Shown here: one piece after another, positions 38,715 to 48,650 of the stretch
Layout: every line of letters begins with the position of its first letter
Numbering within the stretch: the first letter of the stretch is position 1
Origin: an uncultured Bacteroidota bacterium
Lineage (GTDB): Bacteria; Bacteroidota; Ignavibacteria; UBA10030; UBA6906
DNA length: 64,000 nt
Direction: 5' to 3'
Assembly: GCA_963700635.1 (NCBI GenBank)
Contig: CAVOYH010000004.1
Location: forward strand, 1-64,000
The notes under the pieces: generated by a model
Seen by the model: the letters and a program-made list of their open reading frames with translations, nothing else
What the model was told of the DNA's origin: nothing
Databases searched by the model: none
Program-made: the position numbers and the translations under genes

Positions 38715-41146
38715 AACGGCTGGACAACCTTGTTGACCGGTCATGCTGGATTTCCGGCGACCGCATCAATGCCTGCATTGCCGTCGAGGCACACGGTATT
38801 GCCGAGATCGGGTTCCATGGAGCTCAACCGGTCAGCCGGAATTCACGGATGCTGGTCCGGGACGGGGGAGTGCTCTCTCTGTCGATCAGAGATGAGAACG
38901 GGAGAGAGGAACCGGTGCGTTTTGAAACTGTGGAGTGGAGTCCCCACAGGGTGTCTGTGGAACTGTCGCCGTGGGGGAGGAGTATGCATCTTGAGATTCT
39001 GGCGACTGATCGTGTAATCCAGATATCCGTCACAGGGGAAGTGCATGGGTGTTATCTGAAGAGCATGTTCTTTTCGGAAGCGTGCACCACGATGGTCCGG
39101 GGCGAACGTGTCTGGGCAACTCCCCGCGTTCTTGATGGCTGGCTCACACTGCAATGCCATGATCGTATCCGTCTGGCCGATTGGATAAAGCAGAAGGGTC
39201 CATACGCCGGTGATTTTCTGATTCCCGAGTCATGGCGACGGACTATTTTCAGCCGCACGGTTCGTTCGGGTCTTGCCACGGCGGCGGATCTCAAGCCGGA
39301 ATACCGTGATGCCGACATCCCGATCTATGATGCCGGCACGTGGATCCGGATCGGCGCAGAACTTTGTAAGGTTGAACAGAACGTCCATGATATTCAGTTT
39401 CTTACGCCGCTCGCCGAGAGCACATCCCCCGACCCGGCGCTCATCATTTCCTGTGTGGAACACGATCAGCATAAGGTTCTGAGCGGTGCAGGCCAGAAAG
39501 GACTTGCGCAACGGACGAGGGTGGCGCACGAGGAGCTGGCGATGCTGGCCCCACGGCTTGCGGGTGAAACCATTCCGGAACTGGTGGAGTGCTTCAGCAC
39601 TGTCCCCGGCATTGTGCGCTCTTGTACCGTTCGCGAGATGGGAATGACCCGCGCAACGCCGGGGGCATACTACTGGATCTGGGCGTGGGATAATATGGTC
39701 ACCGGAGCGGAAAGTCTTCGGTGGGGCGATTACACTCTCGTTTCTGAGATGACACGCTTCATCACCACACACAGGGATGTGAACGGCTCCATTCCGGCGC
39801 GCTGGACGCGGAGTTCCCAGCCACTTGACACACCGCCGCACGGAGCCATGGAGTTTCTCCTTCTGCAGCTTGTGTACCAGCATGCTCTTGAAACCGGGGA
39901 GCGGCAGAGGTTATTGGATGTTTATCCTTACGCCGTTGCGCTCCTTCATCAATGCGTCGCGTTGTCCGGGGGGACCGGCTTTGTCAGGAATATCAGCTTC
40001 TATCCGGATCACCCGGCCCGGTTCGGGAGAACGGACCGGAGTGTTGTTGCTCTTGAAGCCGGATGCCTGTACGGTCTGGTGCGCATTCTGGAAAATGTGG
40101 CAATTCTTCTGAATGATGACCATGTCCGGGAAACCAGCCGGACCCTGGCCCGGAAGCTTGAGGCCGGTTTTCTGAACGCCTTCTGGGACGACGGGCGCAA
40201 GTTTCTTGTCGATTCATTTGATGGCGAAACGGGAGAACGTAACACGACGTATCCTCTGTTCTCCCTCCTGTTCCTCCAGACGCCTCTCGGACTCTCCCTC
40301 ATCAGAAAGGTCCTCCCGGAGATGGCCGGATTTATGGAACAGCATCTCCAATCGGATAGTGGAACGCAGATGCTCCCCCCCTGGGATATCCGGAGAGGGA
40401 GTGAGGAAGCTGTGGCGTCATGGTATCCCCACTGGGATCTCTACCTTCTCAAGGTGTTGCGGAGATCTGGCAGGAGTGATGGTATCATGCGCTGGGTGCA
40501 CGCCGCCGGAGAGACTCTCCGCCGCCTTGGGTACGTGCCGGAATTTCTTATGCTCGACGGGCTCAGCCAGACCAACCCGGAGACCTGGCGGCGGCACGGC
40601 TCGGTTTCAAATGTGAATTGTCTGACGGGATGGTATCATGGTATTCTGGAAGGTCTCCTCGGACTGGAGTTTGACCCCGGCGGAATGGGCATCGTGCCGC
40701 TCGGGCTCCCGCTGGGACGGCTGACTCTTCGTGGGCTCGTCCATCGGGGTTCACGATGGGACATTCTTGTTGCACAGGAGGGGGAACATCTGGCCGAGAT
40801 GCGAATCGACGGGGAACTCCTCCGGGGAAGCACGAAAGTCCCCGCCCGTTACCATGATACACGTTCTCACGAATTGACGGTGAAGTACGGACCAGCTCCG
40901 GACGAACTCCGTTTCCGTGAAATCCTCAACGCGGAGGTTCTGGAAAGTGAAGGGGGCACACACTCGTGCGCGGTCCGCATACGTGCCCTCGGAACCGTGG
41001 ATATCGTTGTGGATCAGGCGGACACGGTGCACTGTGCAGTGGACGGAAAGCCGGTAGCGATGAGCATTGATCCGGACTCCGGCATCGGAACGTGGCAGGT
41101 TGTTTCTTCACATATACATGTGTTCACAATCCACCGTAAATCCTGA
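38708..41146 (+). CDS. Six-hairpin glycosidase (GH63/amylo-alpha-1,6-glucosidase-like)
   Basis: YYWIWAWD, FWDD, YVPE, GILEGLLGLE followed by a beta-sandwich tail; ATG 38708 after GAGGGG. Confidence 0.65.
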   Translation: MLKRLDNLVDRSCWISGDRINACIAVEAHGIAEIGFHGAQPVSRNSRMLVRDGGVLSLSIRDENGREEPVRFETVEWSPHRVSVELSPWGRSMHLEILATDRVIQISVTGEVHGCYLKSMFFSEACTTMVRGERVWATPRVLDGWLTLQCHDRIRLADWIKQKGPYAGDFLIPESWRRTIFSRTVRSGLATAADLKPEYRDADIPIYDAGTWIRIGAELCKVEQNVHDIQFLTPLAESTSPDPALIISCVEHDQHKVLSGAGQKGLAQRTRVAHEELAMLAPRLAGETIPELVECFSTVPGIVRSCTVREMGMTRATPGAYYWIWAWDNMVTGAESLRWGDYTLVSEMTRFITTHRDVNGSIPARWTRSSQPLDTPPHGAMEFLLLQLVYQHALETGERQRLLDVYPYAVALLHQCVALSGGTGFVRNISFYPDHPARFGRTDRSVVALEAGCLYGLVRILENVAILLNDDHVRETSRTLARKLEAGFLNAFWDDGRKFLVDSFDGETGERNTTYPLFSLLFLQTPLGLSLIRKVLPEMAGFMEQHLQSDSGTQMLPPWDIRRGSEEAVASWYPHWDLYLLKVLRRSGRSDGIMRWVHAAGETLRRLGYVPEFLMLDGLSQTNPETWRRHGSVSNVNCLTGWYHGILEGLLGLEFDPGGMGIVPLGLPLGRLTLRGLVHRGSRWDILVAQEGEHLAEMRIDGELLRGSTKVPARYHDTRSHELTVKYGPAPDELRFREILNAEVLESEGGTHSCAVRIRALGTVDIVVDQADTVHCAVDGKPVAMSIDPDSGIGTWQVVSSHIHVFTIHRKS

Positions 41147-41167
41147 ATCACACATACGCGAGATATC

Positions 41168-42952
41168 ATGATCGACTCCATAAAACAAGTTAATCTTCTT
41201 GATCTGGTGGTCATCATCACCTACCTTCTGCTCTTGACCGGCGTTGGAATTTACCTGACCCGGTTCAACAAGAGCGTGGATGATTTTTTTAAGGGTGGTG
41301 GAAAGATTCCCTGGTGGATTGCGGGACTCTCGACCTTTGTTGCGGGTTTTTCCGCATTTATGTTTGTGGCCGCCGCCGGGTATACATATAAGAACGGGCT
41401 TGGCGCAGTCGTGCTCTTTACCTCCGCGGTATGGGGATACGGTCTCGGATATTTGATCTATGCGGTGCGATGGCGCCGGGCCAGACTCTCCTCGCCCATG
41501 GAATTTCTGACGCGACGATTCTCCCAGGGAACAACGTATTACTACACACTGTTGTCCATTGTTCCGTCGATTATGGGTCTCGGGCTGGGGATCTATATCC
41601 TGTGTATTTTTATTGCAACAGCCCTCGGGATTATGTCGGTGACGGTGAATATCGGATTCATGATGCTCACCGGACTCGAGTTGTCCATGATCGTCACAGG
41701 GCTGGTTATGCTGGTGTATACAAGCGCCGGGGGACTCTGGGCGGTGGTGATCACGGATTCCCTCCAGTTCTTTATTATTCTCGTAATTTCACTTCTGATT
41801 TTCCCCCTCACCTTCATCGAACTCGGCGGGACCTGGAACATACTGGATGGTTTCCAGCGGCTGATCGCTGAGGCGCCGCCGGATTATATCAGCCTGGCCG
41901 ACGTGTTCACGCGTCCCCTGTTTTATCTCGCCTACCTGGTCAGCATCTTCATCGGCTACAATGCCGCCTGGCATATCGGCCAACGGTATTACAGCGTTCC
42001 TACGGAAGGTGATGCGCGCAAGATGGCCCTGCTCTGTGCGGGACTGAGTCTGGTGCTGCCGTTCCTGTGGATCGCACCGACCATGGGTGCACGGGTCCTC
42101 TTTCCTGATATCGCCTCACTCTGGCCACAACTGGCGGAACCGGCGGAGGCCTCATACGTGACCCTTGCCCTGACACTCCTGCCGAACGGATTGATCGGGC
42201 TGACACTCTCGGCGATTCTCGCAGCCACGATGACTTCTATTGACACCCAGCTGAACTACCTTGCGTCCATTCTGGTCCGCGATGTGTACGTCAAAATTCG
42301 TGAGGACTTTATGGGCGTGATTGCCGGGCAGAAGGAGCAGTTGACGGCCGGGCGCCTCACCGCTTTTACGCTGGGCATTCTTGCGATCATCACAGCCATC
42401 ATCGTTCAGAGGACCAAGGGAGTCTTTGATTTTGCACTGATGTACTATTCCTGGTTTGCGCCGTCGATGCTGACGCCGGTCATGCTGGGATTTGTGTACA
42501 AGAAAACACCATCCTGGTCTGCCATTGCTGCGGCCACGGCTGGTCTCGTGCTGGTGTTCGTCGTTAATGTGCTGGTGGACGTTGCTCCGTACCAGTACGA
42601 AGTGAACATCTTTGGCGGAGTGGGTGTGACCACGCTGGTCTTTTTTCTGTCCGGGTTGTGGAAGGAACGAAACCCTTCAATCCTGAAGAGCCAGGGCGCG
42701 TTCAGTGTGGATATGCAAACGCCCGCCGTTGATGATCATCTCCGGTGGTCCGGCAATGCACTGTCTTCGTACAGGATCGTCGGGTTTCTCACCGCCACGA
42801 TTGGCGTTGTGGTGATTGCCCTCGGGTTTGTGCCGACAACGATGTTCGTGCACGTGATCACCCTTGTCCTTGGTGCGGGCACGGCCTCGCTCGGGTGGTT
42901 GATGGTCTGGTATTTCCGGCGTCAGACGCGCCTTCTGAAAAAAGCGGAATAG
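41168..42952 (+). CDS. Sodium:solute symporter (SSS) family transporter
   Basis: DFFKGGGKIPWW, GGLWAVVITD, QRY, LPNGLIGL-x-AATMTS; many TM helices. Confidence 0.93.
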   Translation: MIDSIKQVNLLDLVVIITYLLLLTGVGIYLTRFNKSVDDFFKGGGKIPWWIAGLSTFVAGFSAFMFVAAAGYTYKNGLGAVVLFTSAVWGYGLGYLIYAVRWRRARLSSPMEFLTRRFSQGTTYYYTLLSIVPSIMGLGLGIYILCIFIATALGIMSVTVNIGFMMLTGLELSMIVTGLVMLVYTSAGGLWAVVITDSLQFFIILVISLLIFPLTFIELGGTWNILDGFQRLIAEAPPDYISLADVFTRPLFYLAYLVSIFIGYNAAWHIGQRYYSVPTEGDARKMALLCAGLSLVLPFLWIAPTMGARVLFPDIASLWPQLAEPAEASYVTLALTLLPNGLIGLTLSAILAATMTSIDTQLNYLASILVRDVYVKIREDFMGVIAGQKEQLTAGRLTAFTLGILAIITAIIVQRTKGVFDFALMYYSWFAPSMLTPVMLGFVYKKTPSWSAIAAATAGLVLVFVVNVLVDVAPYQYEVNIFGGVGVTTLVFFLSGLWKERNPSILKSQGAFSVDMQTPAVDDHLRWSGNALSSYRIVGFLTATIGVVVIALGFVPTTMFVHVITLVLGAGTASLGWLMVWYFRRQTRLLKKAE

Positions 42953-42972
42953 CAAAGGAAGGAAACGAGGCA

Positions 42973-43896
42973 ATGCAGCGAATCATAAGGGTCAGTGCGG
43001 CACAGATGCCTACCGCGTTTGAGGGAAGATCGTTTGCGGTGAAACAGAAGAAAAACAGGGCAACGATTCTCGCAACGTTGCGTGTGGCAGGTGAACGGAA
43101 ATCCGATCTTGTGCTCTTCGGGGAATATGCAAACCTCCATCACCGTACCTGGTCGACCAACCTCAGGGAATATGTCCCGGATCCGATACCCGGGAGTTTT
43201 ACGAGGGCTGTCGGCGCTGCAGCCAGACGCTACCGCATGAATGTTGCCATGCCGATGTTTGGCCGGTACAAGGGGGTGCTCTCCAGCTATGTTGTCCTCT
43301 TTGATCGGTCCGGGGAGATTCTACACTGCTACCAGAAGGCTCACCCCACCGAGCCGGAACAGGATATGGGAATCCGGCCCGGAAATGACCTTCCTGTGTA
43401 CACGCTCGACTGTGCGCGCATCGGGATCATGACCTGCATGGACATCGAATACCCGGAAGTCGCCCAGGTGTTGATGGTGCGGGGGGCTGAACTCCTGCTG
43501 TTTCCCCACGTGCAGGCGTCATGGGGAGAGGTGGATTGGGAGATCCGATACCGGGCGCGCGCCATCGATACAGGACTCCCGGTAATTTCCGCGTGTTACG
43601 GGTATCCCGAAGGGGAGTGGCTTCCGGGGAAGATGACAGGCCGGACCAGCGTCGTGGGGCGGGACGGACTGATCCTCGCTGATCTCGCACGCCGGATCGA
43701 TACGCTGACATTCGATCTGGATCTTTCGCGAGGCCGGGTGACGCAATTCTTTTTTAACACGCCGTTTCCACGTACAGAGGCCGTCATTGCGTCCCGGCGT
43801 CCTGAATTGTATACCACTTTGGGGGAATCTGAGAGCAAGAACCGTATGCTTGAGCGCTTGCGCAAGCGTACAAAGAAAGGGGCTGCCAATGCCTGA
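42973..43896 (+). CDS. Carbon-nitrogen hydrolase (nitrilase/amidase superfamily)
   Basis: Glu-Lys-Cys triad in LVLFGE, YQKAH and TCMD; GAELL, RARA, RRPELY. Confidence 0.88.
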   Translation: MQRIIRVSAAQMPTAFEGRSFAVKQKKNRATILATLRVAGERKSDLVLFGEYANLHHRTWSTNLREYVPDPIPGSFTRAVGAAARRYRMNVAMPMFGRYKGVLSSYVVLFDRSGEILHCYQKAHPTEPEQDMGIRPGNDLPVYTLDCARIGIMTCMDIEYPEVAQVLMVRGAELLLFPHVQASWGEVDWEIRYRARAIDTGLPVISACYGYPEGEWLPGKMTGRTSVVGRDGLILADLARRIDTLTFDLDLSRGRVTQFFFNTPFPRTEAVIASRRPELYTTLGESESKNRMLERLRKRTKKGAANA

Positions 43897-44683
43897 CACA
43901 ACACCCGTAGCGATCATTACCGGCGCGAGCCGCGGATTAGGCCGGGGCATCGCCCGCCGGCTTGCCGAGCAGGGACTCTCACTCGTCATTAACTATGCCG
44001 GAAACGCCGACGCCGCGGCGGAAACCGCTGAACTCTGCAAATCCAGACAATCACACCTGGACCAGCGGTTTATCACATTTCAAGCGGACATGGCTCTTCA
44101 GGAAGACCGGCAGAGGCTTGTACAGCAAACCCTGACCGCTCTCGGGCGTATTGATGTCCTCGTGAACAACGCCGGAATCGGCCCGCGTGTGCGTGCGGAT
44201 CTCACGGAAACGACGCCTGAGTCTTTTGCACATGTCCTCCAGGTTAACCTTGAAGGACCCTTCTTCCTATCCCAGGCGGTGGCGAACTACTGGCTGGAAC
44301 AACGACCGGATCCGATTCTCCCGCACGGCTTTACGGTGGTCAATGTTTCTTCCATATCGGCAAATACAGCATCTCTGAACAGAGGCGAATACTGCATTTC
44401 CAAGGCCGGACTGGCCATGGTCACCCAGTTGTGGGCGTTACGTCTGGCATCCTCACGGGTTCACGTCTACGAACTCCGACCCGGTATTATGGCCACTGAC
44501 ATGACTGCCAGCGCCAAGGACAAGTACGATAGACTGCTCGGAGAAGGCCTGGTGCCGCAAAACCGATGGGGAAGCCCCGACGACGTCGGAAAGGCTGTCG
44601 GTGCGCTGGTACGGGGCGATCTGGCCTACTCAACGGGTGAGGTGATCTACCTGGATGGCGGGATGCATATGAGGAAACTCTAG
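43889..44683 (+). CDS. Short-chain dehydrogenase/reductase (FabG-like)
   Basis: TGASRGLG, NNAG, catalytic YCISK, RPG, TGEVIYLDGG. Confidence 0.92.
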   Translation: MPDTTPVAIITGASRGLGRGIARRLAEQGLSLVINYAGNADAAAETAELCKSRQSHLDQRFITFQADMALQEDRQRLVQQTLTALGRIDVLVNNAGIGPRVRADLTETTPESFAHVLQVNLEGPFFLSQAVANYWLEQRPDPILPHGFTVVNVSSISANTASLNRGEYCISKAGLAMVTQLWALRLASSRVHVYELRPGIMATDMTASAKDKYDRLLGEGLVPQNRWGSPDDVGKAVGALVRGDLAYSTGEVIYLDGGMHMRKL

Positions 44684-44737
44684 GAACCATGAAGAACGGC
44701 AGGTGGAAAATCACTGCCTGAAAGGATTATCTGTACA

Positions 44738-46126
44738 ATGATACGGATTGAAGAGTCGATTACAGCGGAACACCTGCTGCCGCGCGTGACGCGAGTGTTT
44801 GACCTGTCCGCGAAAAAACTTACCCTGCTCCAGAACGCCTGGAATCCCCATCATGGCACACCCGTGTTCACGGAGAACGGGGTGTACACCTCGCGCGGAT
44901 GGACCGAATGGACACAGGGGTTCCAGTTCGGGTCAGCCATTCTGCAGTTCGATGCTACAGGAGAGCACGCGGCGCTGGAAACCGGAAGAAGGGCGACTGT
45001 GGATTGTATGGCTACCCACGTCAGCCATGTCGGAGTGCATGACCACGGTTTTAACAACGTGAGCACGTACGGCAATCTGCTCAGGCTGATGCACGAAGGA
45101 CGCATTCCGGACCAGGAGTGGGAACGCGCATACTACGAACTTGCCCTGAAAGTGAGCGGAGCCGTCCAGGCTGCGAGGTGGACTGATCTGGGCAACGGCG
45201 ACGGATACATCTATTCGTTCAACGGCCCGCATTCCCTGTTTGCCGATACTGTGCGTTCTCTCCGCGTGCTTGGTGTAGCACACCAACTCGGCCACGTGCT
45301 GATGGGCGAAAAAGACAGGAAAATCTCGCTCCTTGAACGTCTGATCGTCCATGCCTTTACAACGGCAAAATACAACGTCTACTTCGGCGAGGGCCGGGAC
45401 GCATACGATATCCGGGGTCGTGTTGCGCATGAATCGATCTTCAACCTGAACGATGGGTCGTATCGCTGTCCAAGTTCACAACAGGGGTACTCGCCGTTTT
45501 CGACCTGGACACGGGGGCTGGCATGGATTCTCTGCGGGTTTGCGGAACAGCTCGAGTACCTTTGTACCCTGTCAGACTCCGCTTTTCCGAAAGGCAGGAA
45601 GAAGGCCGAGGTGATGTCAACCTTCCTCAACACTGCCAGTGCAGTGGCCGATTTCTATATTGACCAGTCGCCGACCGACGGAATTCCGTACTGGGACACC
45701 GGGGCCCCCGGACTTGCCAGGATGGGGGACTACCTGCAGAAACCCGCCGATCCGCTGAATGACCACGAACCGGTGGACAGTTCCGCGGCGTTGATCGCTG
45801 CACAGGGCCTGCTCCGCCTGGGACTCTACTTGAAGGGGATCGGGAAAAAGGATAACGGGAGCCGGTACTTCCAGGCGGGACTCACAGTAGTAAAGCATGT
45901 TTTTGATGAGCCGTATCTCTCCCTCGGTGAAACCCATCAGGGGCTTATACTCCATTCGGTCTACCACCGCCCCAATGGGTGGGACTATGTTCCCGCGGGG
46001 GGGAAGATTCCTTGCGGCGAGTCGACAATGTGGGGTGACTACCACGCGCGGGAACTTGCCCTTATGGTGTTGCGGATGGCAAAAGGAGAACCGGTTCCGG
46101 CGTTCTTTCTCACCCCACGGCGGTGA
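44738..46126 (+). CDS. GH88-like unsaturated glucuronyl hydrolase
   Basis: WTQGF, HDHGF, TWTRGLAW, PYWD, DSSA, WGDY. Confidence 0.8.
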   Translation: MIRIEESITAEHLLPRVTRVFDLSAKKLTLLQNAWNPHHGTPVFTENGVYTSRGWTEWTQGFQFGSAILQFDATGEHAALETGRRATVDCMATHVSHVGVHDHGFNNVSTYGNLLRLMHEGRIPDQEWERAYYELALKVSGAVQAARWTDLGNGDGYIYSFNGPHSLFADTVRSLRVLGVAHQLGHVLMGEKDRKISLLERLIVHAFTTAKYNVYFGEGRDAYDIRGRVAHESIFNLNDGSYRCPSSQQGYSPFSTWTRGLAWILCGFAEQLEYLCTLSDSAFPKGRKKAEVMSTFLNTASAVADFYIDQSPTDGIPYWDTGAPGLARMGDYLQKPADPLNDHEPVDSSAALIAAQGLLRLGLYLKGIGKKDNGSRYFQAGLTVVKHVFDEPYLSLGETHQGLILHSVYHRPNGWDYVPAGGKIPCGESTMWGDYHARELALMVLRMAKGEPVPAFFLTPRR

Positions 46127-47090
46127 AAAAGGCTTCCAGGTTTGCCAGCGGCACCTGGGCCGGGATGTCACAACCTGATGAAATGACGAAGTTTTTCCTG
46201 GATGACGTCTCTGCGAGCAGGGCCTTCGTCCGGGTACGTAGTTCATCGGCGGAGGCGCCGACAAAGATCTCTGATGGATCGAGATTCCCACAGAGAATGA
46301 TATCATCAGGCACCTGTTGCAGCGCGTTCACGAGATCCATGGGTTTCCCGAAATGGAGAATGCGCGCACCCGAATCAAGTGTTGCCTGGAGATGTCCGAT
46401 GCGTGCACCACAATTGTGCAAGATAATCTGAAATCCACCGTCCTCGACGGCCTCGATGATCCTTCGTACATAGGGGGATGAAAACTCCCTGACGGACGCA
46501 GGGGACATAAGGCCGGCAGTAGGCTCTGCGATAACCACACCGTGCGCACCCGCTTTTTTGAACTCTGCGGCATACCGCATCAGGTATGCCGTCGTCTTTT
46601 CGAGGAGTGTGTGTATCATTTCCGGTTCTCCTGCTGTTTCCACGAGGGACTCGCTGACGCCAAACAGCCTGCCGGCCAGTGAGAAGGGGCCGATCATCCC
46701 TCCCAGCACAATGGCATCGTCAACGGATGCAGCCAGTCTCTCAACGGTACCCAGGTACACGCGCGCACGGTTTGTCCCGATTGCGGGAACTGACAGGGCT
46801 CTGATCATTTCCGGATTGCTCACCAGCCGCCCTGTTACGGTCGGGACTTCCCAATCCGACATCAGGACCTCTGCGCCGAATTCTTCCGCCTCAACGCTCA
46901 AATCCATTGCCGACATCACAAAGGGCGTCTTGAACCTTCTGTGGAGTTCATGCTGGGCGGCGACCTGGCGTTCAACGTCGGTAACCATGGCCCGGACCGT
47001 TGTACCGGTCAACGGTGCGCCCGGGAATGTCAGCACAGGCATAGCCAGCCGCCCGGGAGATGAGAGAATCCGTTCAGAGAGAGAAACCAT
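46110..47090 (-). CDS. MtaA/CmuA-type methylcobamide methyltransferase (UroD family)
   Basis: DLSVEAEEFGA, GPFSLAG, AEPTA, Zn ligands LHNCG and SSGCD, GNLDP. Confidence 0.85.
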   Translation of the reverse strand: MVSLSERILSSPGRLAMPVLTFPGAPLTGTTVRAMVTDVERQVAAQHELHRRFKTPFVMSAMDLSVEAEEFGAEVLMSDWEVPTVTGRLVSNPEMIRALSVPAIGTNRARVYLGTVERLAASVDDAIVLGGMIGPFSLAGRLFGVSESLVETAGEPEMIHTLLEKTTAYLMRYAAEFKKAGAHGVVIAEPTAGLMSPASVREFSSPYVRRIIEAVEDGGFQIILHNCGARIGHLQATLDSGARILHFGKPMDLVNALQQVPDDIILCGNLDPSEIFVGASADELRTRTKALLAETSSRKNFVISSGCDIPAQVPLANLEAFFTAVG

Positions 47091-47124
47091 CAACGATGCA
47101 TCCTTCGTGGTGATGACGAGATTG

Positions 47125-48648
47125 TTATTCGTGCGGGGTAAGTGGACCCGGGAAGATCATTTCTTCAACGTAGGTGTCCTGGAAGCCTTCGAGTCCACTG
47201 AGCGAGACGTGTTGTATACGCGCGGCGAGCCTGTCGAAGGTTTCCGGGGATGTAAAAAGAGCCATCTTGGCACCCAGCAGAGCCGTGTTGCCCGCAGGGT
47301 GGATCTGTGCGGAGTCGAATGGTAGAAGGCCGATACGCTGGGCGCTTGTTGTGTTGATATAGTTGCCGAAGGCCCCGGCCAGGAGTACCCGCCCCACCCC
47401 GTCATGGGTCGTTCCGAATTCCCGGAGCAAAAGCCGTATCCCGGCTCCTATGGCCCCCTTTGCAAGCTGTAACTCCCGGATATCGGTCTGGGAAATCTTC
47501 ACCGGCGGGCAGAGCATGATCGATTTTCCGCCATCAGTGAACCTCCCTCCGGTTTTGATGCGTCCGAGTGAAAGGGAGGCGGCGACTGCATCAACAAGGC
47601 CGCTTCCGCAGATTCCGCGAGGCGGAACATTGCCCAGGACCCGGCAGACAAGTTCCTCTCCTTCCACGTGTACGGCCGAAACCGCGCCGGTTGATGCCCG
47701 CATCCCCATGTAAATCCTCGCGCCTTCGAAGGCCGGTCCGGCCGCCGTGGATGCGCAGACCATCCGTTCGCTATTGCCCACAACGACCTCACCATTGGTG
47801 CCCAGGTCAACGAGGACCAGGACATCTTTGGAGTGATGCAGGCCGGTAGCGAATACGCCCGCAAGAATGTCGCTGCCCACGAATCCCCCGATGCCGGGCA
47901 GAAATCGGATTGTCGGAGTGCCCGGAGTGCTCCATCCCAGATCACGGGATGTAAATATTTTCTGTTCCAGGGTCTCCGGCTCAAAGGGGTAATGGGACAA
48001 CGGCGTGGTGTTGATATCACAGAAGAAGTGATGCATGACGGTATTTCCGACAAGGACGATGTCCTTGAGGGCGTGAACCTCTTCCGGTGTTGCGTCAAGG
48101 AGTTCACCGATCATCTTCCCGATCTGTTTCCGCAGTACGGTGACGAGCGTTGAGTGTCCGGTCGGATCGGCCGCATGGGAGACGCGGCTCATGATGTCAG
48201 CGCCAAACCGTGCCTGCGGATTGAGTCCGCTGCGCACAGCGAGCACTTCTCCGCGGCTGAGATCGAGCAGCTGGGCCACGATTGTTGTCGAGCCGACATC
48301 CACCGCGATGCCAAAACCCTCACGCGGCGTGAAAGAGAAGTCCGATGTATCGGCAAGAATTTGAGCTTCCCACTGAGCAAGCTCGAGGGTGAGGTCGCCG
48401 TCGGCACGACACTGGCACGAGAGACGCCACCCTGCGGCACATTCGTCGGGCGAGAGCATATGCTCCTGCACGGGTGACAGCGGGAGGGACCCTTCGAGCA
48501 CCCGTACGCGGCATCCTTTACATTTTCCGTTCCCACCGCAGGGAAACTCGACGCCGTAGGCGAAGAGGAGATCCTGCAGGGGGGTTCCCCGCGGGGTGTC
48601 AATATCCACGCCCATCGGGCGAAGGCGAATGCGGACCGTGCCACTCAT
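47125..48648 (-). CDS. ATP-dependent reductive activator of corrinoid proteins (RACE/RACo; 2Fe-2S plus ASKHA/DUF4445)
   Basis: CGGNGKCKGC...RLSCQ; DVGSTT, NPQ-x-FGADIMSR, VGNTVMHH, DLGTNGE, AGPAFEG, GICGSG, LAGAFG. Confidence 0.92.
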   Translation of the reverse strand: MSGTVRIRLRPMGVDIDTPRGTPLQDLLFAYGVEFPCGGNGKCKGCRVRVLEGSLPLSPVQEHMLSPDECAAGWRLSCQCRADGDLTLELAQWEAQILADTSDFSFTPREGFGIAVDVGSTTIVAQLLDLSRGEVLAVRSGLNPQARFGADIMSRVSHAADPTGHSTLVTVLRKQIGKMIGELLDATPEEVHALKDIVLVGNTVMHHFFCDINTTPLSHYPFEPETLEQKIFTSRDLGWSTPGTPTIRFLPGIGGFVGSDILAGVFATGLHHSKDVLVLVDLGTNGEVVVGNSERMVCASTAAGPAFEGARIYMGMRASTGAVSAVHVEGEELVCRVLGNVPPRGICGSGLVDAVAASLSLGRIKTGGRFTDGGKSIMLCPPVKISQTDIRELQLAKGAIGAGIRLLLREFGTTHDGVGRVLLAGAFGNYINTTSAQRIGLLPFDSAQIHPAGNTALLGAKMALFTSPETFDRLAARIQHVSLSGLEGFQDTYVEEMIFPGPLTPHE

Positions 48649-48650
48649 TG

